IMG/VR virus record: IMGVR_UViG_3300032292_000618
Coordinates: 64,001 to 128,000 of that record
Strand: one strand, 5' to 3'
DNA length: 64,000 nt
Source: a virus
Lineage: Duplodnaviria; Caudoviricetes
In this document: positions 27,316 to 36,934 of the stretch, piece after piece
Numbering within the stretch: the first letter of the stretch is position 1
Layout: each line of letters opens with the position of its first letter
Notes under the pieces: generated by a model
Seen by the model: only the letters and a program-made list of their open reading frames with translations
The model's database searches: none
Told to the model about the DNA's origin: nothing
Program-made: the position numbers and the translations under genes

Positions 27316-27962
27316 GAACTTTAAATGATTTTTTTGACAAGATTTATTGTATTAATCTTGATGATAGAAAAGATAGGATGGTAGAGGCTGCAAAGCAATT
27401 CCATAAACATAACCTTTGGGTGGAAAGAGTTCCTGGAATTAAAGGTTCTAATATGAATCTTGACTTTCCTCCCCAAATTAAAGAAGGGGCAGTTGGATGT
27501 GCACTGTCTCAGTTGTTTACTCTTAAGTTGGCAAAACAAATTAAAGCAAAAACTTTTTTGCTTCTTGAAGATGATATTGAATTTGATGAAGATTTAAATA
27601 GCAAGTTCAATAGGTATCGTGCTGAAGTTCCACATGATTGGGACATGCTATATCTTGGAGGTCAACATTTTCATGGAATGAATCTTACCCAAGTATCTGA
27701 ACATATTTACAGATGTGAATATACTTTGGCAGCACATTCTGTTGCTTTTAAGTATACAGTTTATGATAGGTTCATTAATAACTTAATAGATATTACTAAA
27801 CCTTGTGATGTTCATTATGCACAATCTCATAAGGAAATTAATGCATATGTAATAGTCCCACATTTAACTTGGCAAAGAGAAAGTTATTCAGATATTGAAG
27901 GTTTTAATGTTGACTATTCATTTTTAAAAGATCATAGATATCCACAGTGGGGGAAACCATGA
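27312..27962 (+). CDS. GT25-like glycosyltransferase
   Basis: CINLDDRKDR; GCALS; LEDD; WDMLYLG. Confidence 0.88.
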   Translation: MRTLNDFFDKIYCINLDDRKDRMVEAAKQFHKHNLWVERVPGIKGSNMNLDFPPQIKEGAVGCALSQLFTLKLAKQIKAKTFLLLEDDIEFDEDLNSKFNRYRAEVPHDWDMLYLGGQHFHGMNLTQVSEHIYRCEYTLAAHSVAFKYTVYDRFINNLIDITKPCDVHYAQSHKEINAYVIVPHLTWQRESYSDIEGFNVDYSFLKDHRYPQWGKP

Positions 27963-28753
27963 CAGATACTTCTACAGTAAAAAAGAAACTTAAAGGAATT
28001 GGTCCTATTCTTTGGATCAATCTTGATACTGAAACAAACAGACAGGACCACATGAATAGTCTGTTTGATTTTTATGGAATAGAAAATACTAGAATCTCTG
28101 GAATTGATGCCAGAGGAGATAATGATGTAACTGATCTTCTAGTTGGTAAATTTCCTGAGTTATTGACTCAAGGAGAACTTGGGTGTACTATGTCTCACCT
28201 AAAGGCGATAAAACATTTCTACTTTGAAACACAATTAGATCACATTATTATATGTGAAGATGATATTGTATTTGATACAGTTCCTTACTGGCCTTTTACA
28301 TGGGGTGGGTTTATGGCTTCTGCACCTTATGACTGGGATGTTTTGCAGTGTGCTATTACTAGCACTAAAAATCTAAGAGCAAATCTACACCCAAGACTTA
28401 TAAATGATTTCTGTGCAGCATTTTATGTCATAACAAGACATCATGCAAAGAAAATAATTACTAATCATTGTAGAGGAGACAAATATAGGTTAGATCAAAA
28501 AATAAAACCAAGAGCAACTTCAGAAGAGATTATCTATAATTCTGGCAGGACTTACTCAATGCCATTATTTACATATAGATATGATTTTGAATCTGGAATT
28601 CACCAAGATCATATTGAAGTTTTTCACAAACAAAACGTGGAAGGAGTGTTAAATTTTTGGAAAAATAGACAACCATCTATGGACTCTAATAATCTTTTAG
28701 ATTATGAGTACTATGGATTCTGGGAACCATTAGTCCATGCTATAGATCCTTGA
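27959..28753 (+). CDS. GT25-like glycosyltransferase
   Basis: WINLD...R; GELGCTMSH; CEDD. Confidence 0.88.
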   Translation: MTDTSTVKKKLKGIGPILWINLDTETNRQDHMNSLFDFYGIENTRISGIDARGDNDVTDLLVGKFPELLTQGELGCTMSHLKAIKHFYFETQLDHIIICEDDIVFDTVPYWPFTWGGFMASAPYDWDVLQCAITSTKNLRANLHPRLINDFCAAFYVITRHHAKKIITNHCRGDKYRLDQKIKPRATSEEIIYNSGRTYSMPLFTYRYDFESGIHQDHIEVFHKQNVEGVLNFWKNRQPSMDSNNLLDYEYYGFWEPLVHAIDP

Positions 28754-28778
28754 CAAAACTTAATGGATCATATATAAT
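28750..28778 (+). promoter_or_regulatory. Sigma70 promoter for the hli cluster
   Basis: TTGACA-17 nt-TATAAT. Confidence 0.85.
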
Positions 28779-28804
28779 ATTGTAATGTTTCTTAACAATT
28801 TTAA

Positions 28805-29014
28805 ATGACTGTAACAACTAATGAGTATGGGCAGCAAAACATGTTTGCTAAAGAACCTGTTATGTATATCTCTGATGCTGATGCAATCAAGTATGGTATG
28901 ATGACCCATAATGAAAGAGCAGAACTTGCTAATGGTCGTTGGGCAATGATGGGCATCATTGCAGGACTTGCCTCTTATGCAATCACTGGTAATCTGTTCT
29001 TTGGTCTTGCCTGA
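28805..29014 (+). CDS. hli: High-light inducible protein
   Basis: AELANGRWAMMG. Confidence 0.95.
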   Translation: MTVTTNEYGQQNMFAKEPVMYISDADAIKYGMMTHNERAELANGRWAMMGIIAGLASYAITGNLFFGLA

Positions 29015-29100
29015 TGACTGAAACAATCTTTACATTTACAGGGGTTGCATTTTTGGTGCTTTTGAGTTATGCTGTAGAGAAGGTCTGCGAAACTTACTGA
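29014..29100 (+). CDS. Small membrane peptide, 28 aa
   Basis: MTETIFTFTGVAFLVLLSYAVEKVCETY; TGATG coupling on both sides. Confidence 0.6.
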   Translation: MTETIFTFTGVAFLVLLSYAVEKVCETY

Positions 29101-29264
29101 TGAGTGCTGGAATGCTTGGGCAACTTAGTCTTGCCCTTCAACAACTTATAGAAGATGGTGCCTGGTCTACTGATGATGAACTTAAAGTTTGTATCGCAGG
29201 CACATTAAAAAAAGACAAATTTATTGTTATTCAAAACACTACTAAAAGAGGACAAACAAAATGA
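29100..29264 (+). CDS. Hypothetical protein, 54 aa
   Basis: MSAGMLGQL...; coupled to both neighbours. Confidence 0.6.
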   Translation: MSAGMLGQLSLALQQLIEDGAWSTDDELKVCIAGTLKKDKFIVIQNTTKRGQTK

Positions 29265-29380
29265 AATTCGGATGGACACCTGAGGCAGAGATTCTTAATG
29301 GTCGCCTTGCTATGCTTGGTTTTGTAATTGCAGTTGGAACTTATTTCACAACTGGGCAAATTATTCCTGGAGTATGGTGA
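29261..29380 (+). CDS. hli: High-light inducible protein, 39 aa (not in ORF track)
   Basis: MKFGWTPEAEILNGRLAMLGFVIAVGTYFTTGQIIPGVW. Confidence 0.93.
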   Translation: MKFGWTPEAEILNGRLAMLGFVIAVGTYFTTGQIIPGVW

Positions 29381-29528
29381 AACCCTAACAAAAATAAGCA
29401 ATAATACTTATCCTCATTCTAAATATGAGTGGGGAACATTTATATTTCAAATGATAATAGCAGAATTATATTTTACAATATTATTCTCTATTATAATAAT
29501 AAAAGCAGCATATACAAAATAGTTTTAT

Positions 29529-29559
29529 ATCCTCTTCTATATACAGGAGAGGATTTTTT
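29529..29559 (+). terminator. Rho-independent terminator
   Basis: ATCCTCTTCT...AGGAGAGGAT followed by a T-run. Confidence 0.65.
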
Positions 29560-29562
29560 ATT

Positions 29563-29715
29563 ATGCCTAGAAATCAACTAACAAAAGAAGAAATTAAAGT
29601 TCAGGTAGAGAAGTTAAAGACTGAACTTTATAATGAGAAAACTTTTGAGTCAAAGGATCTTGCTCATAAGTATCTCAACAAAGTCTTAGACAAGATTGGT
29701 GAATATTTTTCTTGA
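29563..29715 (+). CDS. Hypothetical protein, 50 aa
   Basis: MPRNQLTKEEIK...LAHKYLNKVLDKI. Confidence 0.65.
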   Translation: MPRNQLTKEEIKVQVEKLKTELYNEKTFESKDLAHKYLNKVLDKIGEYFS

Positions 29716-29767
29716 TTGGTGTGGGTGAAGGTATCAAAATCTAAATAGGGTAGTTGTCAAAGATATA

Positions 29768-30463
29768 ATGAAAATAGATCTTCATAACTTCTTTCTACAT
29801 TTTGATCCAAAGAATCCAAAGCATGTTGCAGCAGTAGAGCAACTTGAAAAAGATTTGGAACAAAAGCAACCAGATTTGATTCAAGATGAATCTAATTGGG
29901 TCAAAATTTTTAGAGAAAAAACACCAGTTCCTACACATACTGGAGTTTTATCCGTTCCATATTTTCCTCAAACTGATAATTATAGAGATGCAGATAGAAC
30001 TTGCAACTCTTCATCCTGTGCTATGTGCCTTGAGTTTTTAAAACCAGGAACACTAAAAGGGGCAAAGGGAGATGATGCCTACATTCAAAAAGTATTTGCA
30101 ATTGGTGATACAACAGATCACTCAGTTCAAACCCGTGTTCTTGAGGGTTATGGTGTTAAGTCATACTTTAGTTACAACCTTTCTTTTTCTGATCTTGATA
30201 AGAGTTTATCTATTGGAAAGCCTGTCGTTATTGGCATTCTGCACAGGGGTTCTCTTTCTGCACCTACTGGCGGGCACATGGTTGTAGTCATTGGTAAGAA
30301 AGGTAATGACTATGTTGTTAATGATCCTTATGGTAGTTTGAATGATGGATACACTGGTGCAGTAACCAATGGCAAAGGTGCAGTATACAAGAGATCTGAT
30401 TTAACTCATAGGTGGTTAGAGCACGGTAAAGATAAGACTGGTTGGGGAAGAATCTTTAAATGA
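29768..30463 (+). CDS. Peptidase C39-like protein
   Basis: VPYFPQ...CNSSSCAM...GHMVVV...VNDPYG triad. Confidence 0.85.
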   Translation: MKIDLHNFFLHFDPKNPKHVAAVEQLEKDLEQKQPDLIQDESNWVKIFREKTPVPTHTGVLSVPYFPQTDNYRDADRTCNSSSCAMCLEFLKPGTLKGAKGDDAYIQKVFAIGDTTDHSVQTRVLEGYGVKSYFSYNLSFSDLDKSLSIGKPVVIGILHRGSLSAPTGGHMVVVIGKKGNDYVVNDPYGSLNDGYTGAVTNGKGAVYKRSDLTHRWLEHGKDKTGWGRIFK

Positions 30464-30924
30464 CTTTAAAGGCAGGAATAGATTTAATTAAAAAATTTGA
30501 AGGATGCCATCTTAAAGCATATCCAGACCCACTATCTGGTGGTCTTCCAATCACTATTGGTTGGGGGTCTACTCGTAAGAAGAATGGGACACCATTTAAA
30601 CTTGGAGATACCATTACTCAAAAGGAAGCAGATGAATTGTTGATTGCTCAATGTGAGAGTCAGTTCTTACCAGCACTTTCTAAAATCCCATATTGGAGAG
30701 AAATGAATGACAATCAACGCGGAGCACTTTTATCCTTTGCTTACAATCTCGGTGCTGGCTTTTACGGGGGAAGTAACTTTAATACTATCACTCGCAACCT
30801 TCGTGAGAAAAATTGGACGGCAATTCCAAAAACATTAGAGATATATCGTAATCCTGGAAGTAATGTTGAGGTGGGATTATTGAGACGTAGAAAAGCAGAA
30901 GGAAAACTTTGGTCTACACCATAA
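30460..30924 (+). CDS. Lysozyme (GH24), probable endolysin
   Basis: FEGCHLKAYPD...TIGWG...ALLSFAYNLG...GLLRRRKAE. Confidence 0.93.
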   Translation: MTLKAGIDLIKKFEGCHLKAYPDPLSGGLPITIGWGSTRKKNGTPFKLGDTITQKEADELLIAQCESQFLPALSKIPYWREMNDNQRGALLSFAYNLGAGFYGGSNFNTITRNLREKNWTAIPKTLEIYRNPGSNVEVGLLRRRKAEGKLWSTP

Positions 30925-31255
30925 AAGGTTTTGCGATTCCCTCATTTATCATTCTTTCATTAACTGTAACAGGTTCTCCGACAAGATAAAGAGTTCCAAG
31001 AATTCTTCCATACTTATCTTCCTTGAATGTTTCAATAACCCATTCACCTTTTTTGGATAATTCAGTTTTTAACCATTCCTTTGCCACTAATCCCTTTGCT
31101 TTTTCTTCTAGGTTTAATGTCTTTGTTTCGGCAGTATTAATACCTTTAAGACGAACTCTTTGGGATATTGTAATTCCAAATCCTAAATCAATATCTAAAT
31201 CAACAGTGTCTCCATCAACGACCTTGTTGATTTTTTTTATTTTGTAGTTATACAT
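30914..31255 (-). CDS. Staphylococcal nuclease-like (SNase) protein
   Basis: VVDGDT, VRLKGINTAE, DKYGRILG. Confidence 0.9.
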   Translation of the reverse strand: MYNYKIKKINKVVDGDTVDLDIDLGFGITISQRVRLKGINTAETKTLNLEEKAKGLVAKEWLKTELSKKGEWVIETFKEDKYGRILGTLYLVGEPVTVNERMINEGIAKPFMV

Positions 31256-31357
31256 TATTCTTTAGTCTCCAAATATGCCAATCTTAGTATGTAGTAAATG
31301 CACCACATAGTAAAAACTAAACCTGATCCAAGAATTATACATACTCCCCAAGGAAAA

Positions 31358-31555
31358 TTATTCATCCCACCCCTCTTGTCTGTGTATCCATATTTTTAAA
31401 TCTTTTACATATTTTCTTAATATTTGTGCTTGTTCTTCGTGCCATGGATTTCCTGTTTCCATTCCTATCCTTGTATGATTATCTATTGCTTGTAGTATTT
31501 GGTGAATGGGTTTGTTCCAACATTCACGATTGGGAGTATTCCACTCTCTTGGCAT
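31358..31555 (-). CDS. Hypothetical protein
   Basis: MPREWNTPNRECWN... Confidence 0.7.
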   Translation of the reverse strand: MPREWNTPNRECWNKPIHQILQAIDNHTRIGMETGNPWHEEQAQILRKYVKDLKIWIHRQEGWDE

Positions 31556-31561
31556 AAGACC

Positions 31562-31666
31562 TCATTTTTTCTTGCCACCATTCTTTGCTTTCTTAGCAGT
31601 AGCATTCCCTTGATTTTGTTTGGATCCATTAGATCCCTTCTTGCCTTTATTTGGCGACTTAGACAT
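31562..31666 (-). CDS. Small basic protein, 34 aa
   Basis: MSKSPNKGKKGSNGSKQNQGNATAKKAKNGGKKK. Confidence 0.6.
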   Translation of the reverse strand: MSKSPNKGKKGSNGSKQNQGNATAKKAKNGGKKK

Positions 31667-31712
31667 TTTTAATTTATCTAATAATTAATATTTATCTTTT
31701 AGCAAATGCCAG

Positions 31713-31741
31713 TTGACAAGGCAGCAGTGACTTGTTACTAT
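31713..31741 (+). promoter_or_regulatory. Sigma70-type promoter
   Basis: TTGACA-17 nt-TACTAT. Confidence 0.7.
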
Positions 31742-31763
31742 AAGGTGTAACATTGGTTAAACT

Positions 31764-32363
31764 ATGAAACTTTTTGGAACTGCCATTGCTGGCATTATGA
31801 TTGCCACCAGTCTTCTTCCTGCTTATGCTGGTGATGATGATAGGCGAAATCAATCTAACAACACTAATACCAATACCAATACCAATACTAATAATAACGA
31901 TAATAGTAACAGTAATACCATTACTTCTAATGGTGGTTCTTCTACTTCTACTTCCACCCAAACTACTTCTAATAATCTAGGTGGGTCTACGAATACTCTT
32001 GTTAATCAAGGAACTGTTTATTACCCTGATTGGATTAATGTTGCCCCCTCGCAGTCTTCTCTTTCTATGAGTTCTGCTTCTTGTCAGGGCCCAACTATTA
32101 ATGGTGCTGTTCAAACTTTGGAGACTGATCCTTTTAATAATCAATATGGAGTTCAAGGAAGTATTGGTATTTCTATTCCCCTGACAGGTCAGAAGGATTG
32201 TTATGCTGTTCAGTCCAGTCTTCGTAAGAGGGCACTGTTTGAGAATGCTGCCAATACTGCTATGATGTGCAGTCAATTGGAAAAGATGAATGTCAAATTT
32301 GATGATGCAAGGTTCCCTGAACTTTCTTCCTGCCTTCCTCCTGTGGTCTCTACTGCGAAGTAA
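31764..32363 (+). CDS. Secreted hypothetical protein with an Asn/Thr-rich linker
   Basis: Signal peptide ending AYA; (NT)n tract; four Cys in the C-terminal domain. Confidence 0.75.
   Translation: MKLFGTAIAGIMIATSLLPAYAGDDDRRNQSNNTNTNTNTNTNNNDNSNSNTITSNGGSSTSTSTQTTSNNLGGSTNTLVNQGTVYYPDWINVAPSQSSLSMSSASCQGPTINGAVQTLETDPFNNQYGVQGSIGISIPLTGQKDCYAVQSSLRKRALFENAANTAMMCSQLEKMNVKFDDARFPELSSCLPPVVSTAK
31860..31889 (+). repeat. In-frame hexamer tandem repeat (AAYACY) x5
   Basis: aacact aatacc aatacc aatacc aatact. Confidence 0.8.
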
Positions 32364-32397
32364 ATCTTAAGAAACCTGTCATAGGCACTTTTGCTCA

Positions 32398-32426
32398 TTG
32401 ACAGGATTTCCTGACAATGCTATAAT
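32398..32426 (+). promoter_or_regulatory. Sigma70 promoter of psbA
   Basis: TTGACA-17 nt-TATAAT. Confidence 0.85.
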
Positions 32427-32493
32427 AAATAAATGTTAAGGAAGGAAACATTCCTTAATAATTATTTCTAACAAACTTAACGGAGTTTTACTT

Positions 32494-33573
32494 ATGGTCG
32501 CTTCAATCGCCCAAAGGCGTGAGAGCAATACTTGGGAACAGTTCTGTGAGTGGGTAACTTCAACTAACAATAGACTCTATGTTGGTTGGTTTGGGACACT
32601 AATGATCCCTACTCTTCTTGCTGCTACTATCTGTTTCATTGTTGCTTTCATTGCTGCACCTCCTGTCGATATTGATGGGATTAGAGAACCTGTTTCTGGT
32701 TCACTCATGTATGGCAACAACATCATTTCTGGTGCTGTTGTTCCTTCTAGCAACGCTATTGGTCTTCACTTCTATCCCATCTGGGAAGCAAACTCACTTG
32801 ATGAGTGGCTATATAATGGTGGACCTTTTCAACTGGTTGTTTTCCATTTCCTGATTGGTATTTATGCTTACATGGGACGCGAATGGGAATTGTCTTACAG
32901 ATTGGGTATGCGTCCTTGGATTTGTGTTGCCTACTCTGCACCCGTTGCTGCTGCTAGCGCAGTGTTTCTGGTCTATCCCTTTGGTCAGGGATCCTTCTCT
33001 GATGCAATGCCTCTGGGGATTTCAGGAACTTTCAACTACATGCTTGTTTTCCAGGCAGAACACAACATTCTTATGCACCCTTTCCATATGCTGGGAGTTG
33101 CTGGGGTCTTCGGTGGTTCTCTTTTCTCTGCTATGCACGGATCTCTTGTCACCTCTAGTCTCGTTCGTGAGACGACAGAAACTGAGTCACAGAACTATGG
33201 ATATAAGTTTGGACAAGAAGAAGAAACATACAACATTGTAGCTGCACATGGTTACTTTGGTCGTCTGATCTTCCAGTATGCTTCTTTCAACAACTCACGT
33301 TCACTACACTTCTTCCTTGCTGCTTGGCCTGTTGTTGGCATCTGGTTTACTGCTCTTGGTGTTAGCACCATGGCATTCAACTTGAATGGATTCAACTTCA
33401 ACCAGTCTATTGTTGATAGTCAGAACCGTGTGATCCCTACTTGGGCAGACATTCTAAACCGTGGTGGTCTTGGTATGGAAGTGATGCATGAAAGAAATGC
33501 TCACAACTTCCCCCTTGACCTTGCTGCTGCTGAGACAACTCAGGTTGCCTTGACTGCACCTTCTATTGGTTGA
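32494..33573 (+). CDS. psbA: Photosystem II D1 protein, intronless
   Basis: [39 protein letters not shown]. Confidence 0.99.
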   Translation: MVASIAQRRESNTWEQFCEWVTSTNNRLYVGWFGTLMIPTLLAATICFIVAFIAAPPVDIDGIREPVSGSLMYGNNIISGAVVPSSNAIGLHFYPIWEANSLDEWLYNGGPFQLVVFHFLIGIYAYMGREWELSYRLGMRPWICVAYSAPVAAASAVFLVYPFGQGSFSDAMPLGISGTFNYMLVFQAEHNILMHPFHMLGVAGVFGGSLFSAMHGSLVTSSLVRETTETESQNYGYKFGQEEETYNIVAAHGYFGRLIFQYASFNNSRSLHFFLAAWPVVGIWFTALGVSTMAFNLNGFNFNQSIVDSQNRVIPTWADILNRGGLGMEVMHERNAHNFPLDLAAAETTQVALTAPSIG

Positions 33574-33598
33574 TACCTTAACTGGTATAAAATAAATT

Positions 33599-33621
33599 AA
33601 TCCCCTTCTGGGGATTTTTTT
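33599..33621 (+). terminator. Rho-independent terminator
   Basis: AATCCCC-ttct-GGGGATT followed by a T-run. Confidence 0.85.
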
Positions 33622-33654
33622 ATGTAAATAAATACCTATAAGTCGCAAGTACTT

Positions 33655-34026
33655 ATGGTTCCTCTGCATTCGCCTAAGGACTATCTGTTTAATCTTCACA
33701 CATCATCTAAAAGTGAGGCAAAGCGATTATGGAGACAGAATATAAAGGATGCATGGAACCATGAATGTGCTTATTGTCAATCAAAAGAAAATATAACACT
33801 AGATCATATCCTGCCCCAGTGTAAGGGTGGTTTAGATATTAAGACAAATGTAGTTGCATGTTGCCATTCCTGCAATCAATCCAAGGGACATATTCCTTGG
33901 GAAGAATGGTACTTCAATCAAGTTTTCTTTTCTGAAGAGAACTATAATAAGATTAGAAATTGGATGAAACCAGAAAAACCATCTAATTTATACAGATATC
34001 CTCCTAGAAGAAATTATGTACCTTAA
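33655..34026 (+). CDS. HNH endonuclease
   Basis: CAYC...LDHILP...GG...NVVACCHSCNQSKG. Confidence 0.9.
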   Translation: MVPLHSPKDYLFNLHTSSKSEAKRLWRQNIKDAWNHECAYCQSKENITLDHILPQCKGGLDIKTNVVACCHSCNQSKGHIPWEEWYFNQVFFSEENYNKIRNWMKPEKPSNLYRYPPRRNYVP

Positions 34027-34155
34027 ATGATATCCTCAGACACTCCTTATAAACTAGCAGAAATTATCAGAGATACATGGCCTCAACTTTACAGGCCAAT
34101 AAAAATGCCTTATAATAAAACAAAAGAATTAAAATCCAAGAATGAAAAAGTATAA
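34027..34155 (+). CDS. Hypothetical protein, 42 aa
   Basis: MISSDTPYKLAEIIRDTWPQLYRP... Confidence 0.6.
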   Translation: MISSDTPYKLAEIIRDTWPQLYRPIKMPYNKTKELKSKNEKV

Positions 34156-34459
34156 TACAGAAGATTACTTTTCTGTAAGAGAAAGAAGGACTGGAAGAAA
34201 GATTTGTGACTGTGGGGATTTTGAAGATGCAAGAATGCTCATGTATATGGATGCACCAAATCGTGAAATTGTAAAAAACAAAACACTCATGAGCTCAGTT
34301 ATTGATGTAGAAATGCCAAAAGCACTTCCTACTAATGAGATAGTACAAGGTGGTGTTGGTAATTCTTGGGAAAATCCAATGCCATCTGGTAATGGACCTG
34401 GATCATTACCTCAAATTAAACTTCCAGAAAGACAACAAGAACCTTTTATTGTTAATTAA
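34142..34459 (+). CDS. Hypothetical protein
   Basis: 105-aa ORF. Confidence 0.7.
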   Translation: MKKYNTEDYFSVRERRTGRKICDCGDFEDARMLMYMDAPNREIVKNKTLMSSVIDVEMPKALPTNEIVQGGVGNSWENPMPSGNGPGSLPQIKLPERQQEPFIVN

Positions 34460-34460
34460 T

Positions 34461-35219
34461 ATGAAAGTATGTCATGTAGTTTTTTCTACCAATAGGGTAG
34501 AGTTTTTGAAAAAAACATTTGAAGCACAAAAGAAATTTGATTATACTGGAGTAGAAGTACATAAACTTTTTATTGATGATTATCCTCTAGGTAGAGACAA
34601 TGATGCTTTAGTTGAATTTGTAAAATCTTATGGATATAATGAAGTAATCCTTCATGAAGAAAACCTTGGAATTACAAAAACTTGGCAACAACTTTTTGAT
34701 ATAGTTAAGGATAGGGATTATGATTATATTCTACATCAAGAAGATGATGTAGAAATCATGTACCCATTAAAAGTTCTTGACATGATTGAAATTCTTCAAC
34801 AAGATCCTACTTTATCTCAAGTTCAATTGAAGAGAAATAATTGGTATGGTCATGAAACAGAAGAGATAGGACCTAGAGAAGATGATGTAGTTTTTAAAAA
34901 TTATAGATATGAAAAAGCAACTCCATATTTTTGGATGTTAACTTCTCTTTATCCTGCATGGATAGCAAAAGAACCTATTCTAGAAAGAACTGGATATAAT
35001 CCTTCAGAATCAGTTATTGCTCAATATTTACAAATGCAATATAATATTGGTGCAGCATTATTAAAAACTGATACTGGTGGAATGATGGTCAATCATATTG
35101 GCGATTATTTTCATGGTAAAAGAGTTGCAGAAGGAGAACCTGGATGGGATAGATTTCATATGCTTAATCCAGACATAAAATATTGTTCACGAACAGGAGA
35201 TTATTGGAATGAAGGTTAA
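34461..35219 (+). CDS. Glycosyltransferase, GT-A fold
   Basis: FIDDYP; ENLG; YILHQEDD; HIG. Confidence 0.75.
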   Translation: MKVCHVVFSTNRVEFLKKTFEAQKKFDYTGVEVHKLFIDDYPLGRDNDALVEFVKSYGYNEVILHEENLGITKTWQQLFDIVKDRDYDYILHQEDDVEIMYPLKVLDMIEILQQDPTLSQVQLKRNNWYGHETEEIGPREDDVVFKNYRYEKATPYFWMLTSLYPAWIAKEPILERTGYNPSESVIAQYLQMQYNIGAALLKTDTGGMMVNHIGDYFHGKRVAEGEPGWDRFHMLNPDIKYCSRTGDYWNEG

Positions 35220-35775
35220 TTTAATAGTTGTTGATAATTTTTACGATAATCCTGATCAAGTCAGAGAATTTGCATTAGCACAACAGTTTGAAGTTAGGGG
35301 AAATTATCCTGGACTTAGAACTAAATCATTTTTAAATGATAGTCAAAAAGCAGTTATAGATGCACTACTTAGATACCCTGCTGGAGGAGTATCTGATTGG
35401 CTACTTGATGAGAATTCAGATGGATATGATGGAGCATTTCAAATCTGTACCCAAAATGATAGAACCTGGATTCATTCAGACTATAATAATATGTGGGCAG
35501 GAGTTTGTTATCTAACTCCAGATGCTCCTATCAGTGGAGGCACTGCTCTCTACATGCACAAACAAAGTGGAGAGAGACAATCAGTAGGTAATACTGATCA
35601 TGGAGAAGATGCTAGAGATTATACTAAATGGGAAGTAGTAGATAGGATTGGAAACATTTACAATAGATTAATTCTTTATCCTGGTAATATGTACCATGCA
35701 TCTTTAGATTACTTTGGGTCAAATCTAAATGATGGAAGACTGTTTCAAACTTTCTTTTTTAATACTGCGTATTGA
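35209..35775 (+). CDS. 2OG-Fe(II) oxygenase-like protein
   Basis: WIHSD...YLTP...GGT...YNRL...YHAS...RLFQTFF. Confidence 0.8.
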   Translation: MKVNLIVVDNFYDNPDQVREFALAQQFEVRGNYPGLRTKSFLNDSQKAVIDALLRYPAGGVSDWLLDENSDGYDGAFQICTQNDRTWIHSDYNNMWAGVCYLTPDAPISGGTALYMHKQSGERQSVGNTDHGEDARDYTKWEVVDRIGNIYNRLILYPGNMYHASLDYFGSNLNDGRLFQTFFFNTAY

Positions 35776-35777
35776 TC

Positions 35778-36365
35778 ATGAGAATTTATAATGAAGGAAC
35801 TTCTTATCAGGAAGTTCCTTGGGAGATGGGAAAATTTAGTTATGGACCAGAATGTGGACATGTTCACATTCAGCAATTCTTTGAAAATACTAAATTATAC
35901 ATAGGAAATTATACTGCTATAGGTCCAAATACAGCTGTTTATTTGGGGGGCAATCATATTACTAATTGGGCAACTGCTTTCCCCTTTAAAGCATATTATA
36001 TGTTCAATAAAGCAAATCCTTTAATTAATTACAGTAATGGTGATGTAGTTATTGGCAATGATGTTTGGATTGCTGCCAATACAACTATTATGAGTGGAGT
36101 TACTATTGGAGATGGAGCAGTAATTGCTAATAATTCTCATGTGGTTAAGGATGTACATCCCTATACTGTTGTTGGAGGAAACCCAGCTAAAGTAATTAGA
36201 AAGAGATTCTCAGATAACATTATAGAACTACTTCTGAAATTGAGATGGTGGGAGTTTGAGGATGATCAAATTAATGATATGCTTCCAATACTCCAAAACG
36301 ATCCTACAGAAATAGAGATAACAGATTTACTTAATAGGTATAGATCCCATGAACTACATGCTTAA
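35778..36365 (+). CDS. Vat/CatB-family hexapeptide acetyltransferase
   Basis: GDVVIGNDVWI...GVTIGDGAVI...GGNPAKVIRKRF...WW. Confidence 0.92.
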   Translation: MRIYNEGTSYQEVPWEMGKFSYGPECGHVHIQQFFENTKLYIGNYTAIGPNTAVYLGGNHITNWATAFPFKAYYMFNKANPLINYSNGDVVIGNDVWIAANTTIMSGVTIGDGAVIANNSHVVKDVHPYTVVGGNPAKVIRKRFSDNIIELLLKLRWWEFEDDQINDMLPILQNDPTEIEITDLLNRYRSHELHA

Positions 36366-36933
36366 TGCAACTATTAATCAAGATTTTTCAAAAAGAATCT
36401 TTGTTGTAGATAATTTTTACTCTGATCCTTATACAGTAAGAGAGTATGCTTTGCAACAAGAATTCATTGCAGACCTTAGATATTATAAAGGAAAAAGAAC
36501 TCAAGAAAAGTTTTTTGTTCCTGGAACAAAAGAAGTCTTTGAATCTATCATTGGATCTCAAATTAATATTTGGGAAGAGTATGGTATGAATGGTGTATTT
36601 CAAACATGTAATGCAGAAGATCCCCTTGTATATCATACAGATTTACAACAATGGGCAGGCATGGTATACTTAACTCCAGATGCTCCTTTTGAGTGTGGAA
36701 CTTCCATGTATGCTCATAAAGAAACTAGAGCAAGGCATACATCAGATCCTGGGATTGAAAATGCATTTGCTGGAGGATTTTATGATAAAAGTAAATTTGA
36801 ATTAGTTGATACTGTTGGTAATGTTTTTAATAGACTTGTTATTTTTAATGGCAAGTGTATACATTCTGCCTCAGAATACTTTGGCCAAACATTAGAAGAT
36901 TCCAGATTGTTCCATATGTTTTTCTTTGATTGA
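36349..36933 (+). CDS. 2OG-Fe(II) oxygenase-like protein, paralog of 35209..35775
   Basis: VYHTD...YLTP...GT...FNRL...IHSA...RLFHMFF. Confidence 0.8.
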   Translation: MNYMLNATINQDFSKRIFVVDNFYSDPYTVREYALQQEFIADLRYYKGKRTQEKFFVPGTKEVFESIIGSQINIWEEYGMNGVFQTCNAEDPLVYHTDLQQWAGMVYLTPDAPFECGTSMYAHKETRARHTSDPGIENAFAGGFYDKSKFELVDTVGNVFNRLVIFNGKCIHSASEYFGQTLEDSRLFHMFFFD

Positions 36934-36934
36934 T

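Noticed and set aside
28779-28800. NtcA-like palindrome before hli
   Set aside because: Reads GTA-N8-TAA, not TAC; too weak in AT-rich DNA
29328-29522. 64-aa ORF in the track
   Set aside because: Its 5' part overlaps the real hli gene in another frame; at most a 23-aa hydrophobic tail ORF remains, unsupported
32427-32493. PhotoRC-type RNA in the psbA leader
   Set aside because: Leader is short with a single hairpin (TTAAGGAA...TTCCTTAA); no recognisable motif
35778-36365. Antibiotic-resistance gene (vat/catB)
   Set aside because: The family motif is shared with sugar O-acetyltransferases and the context is glycan modification
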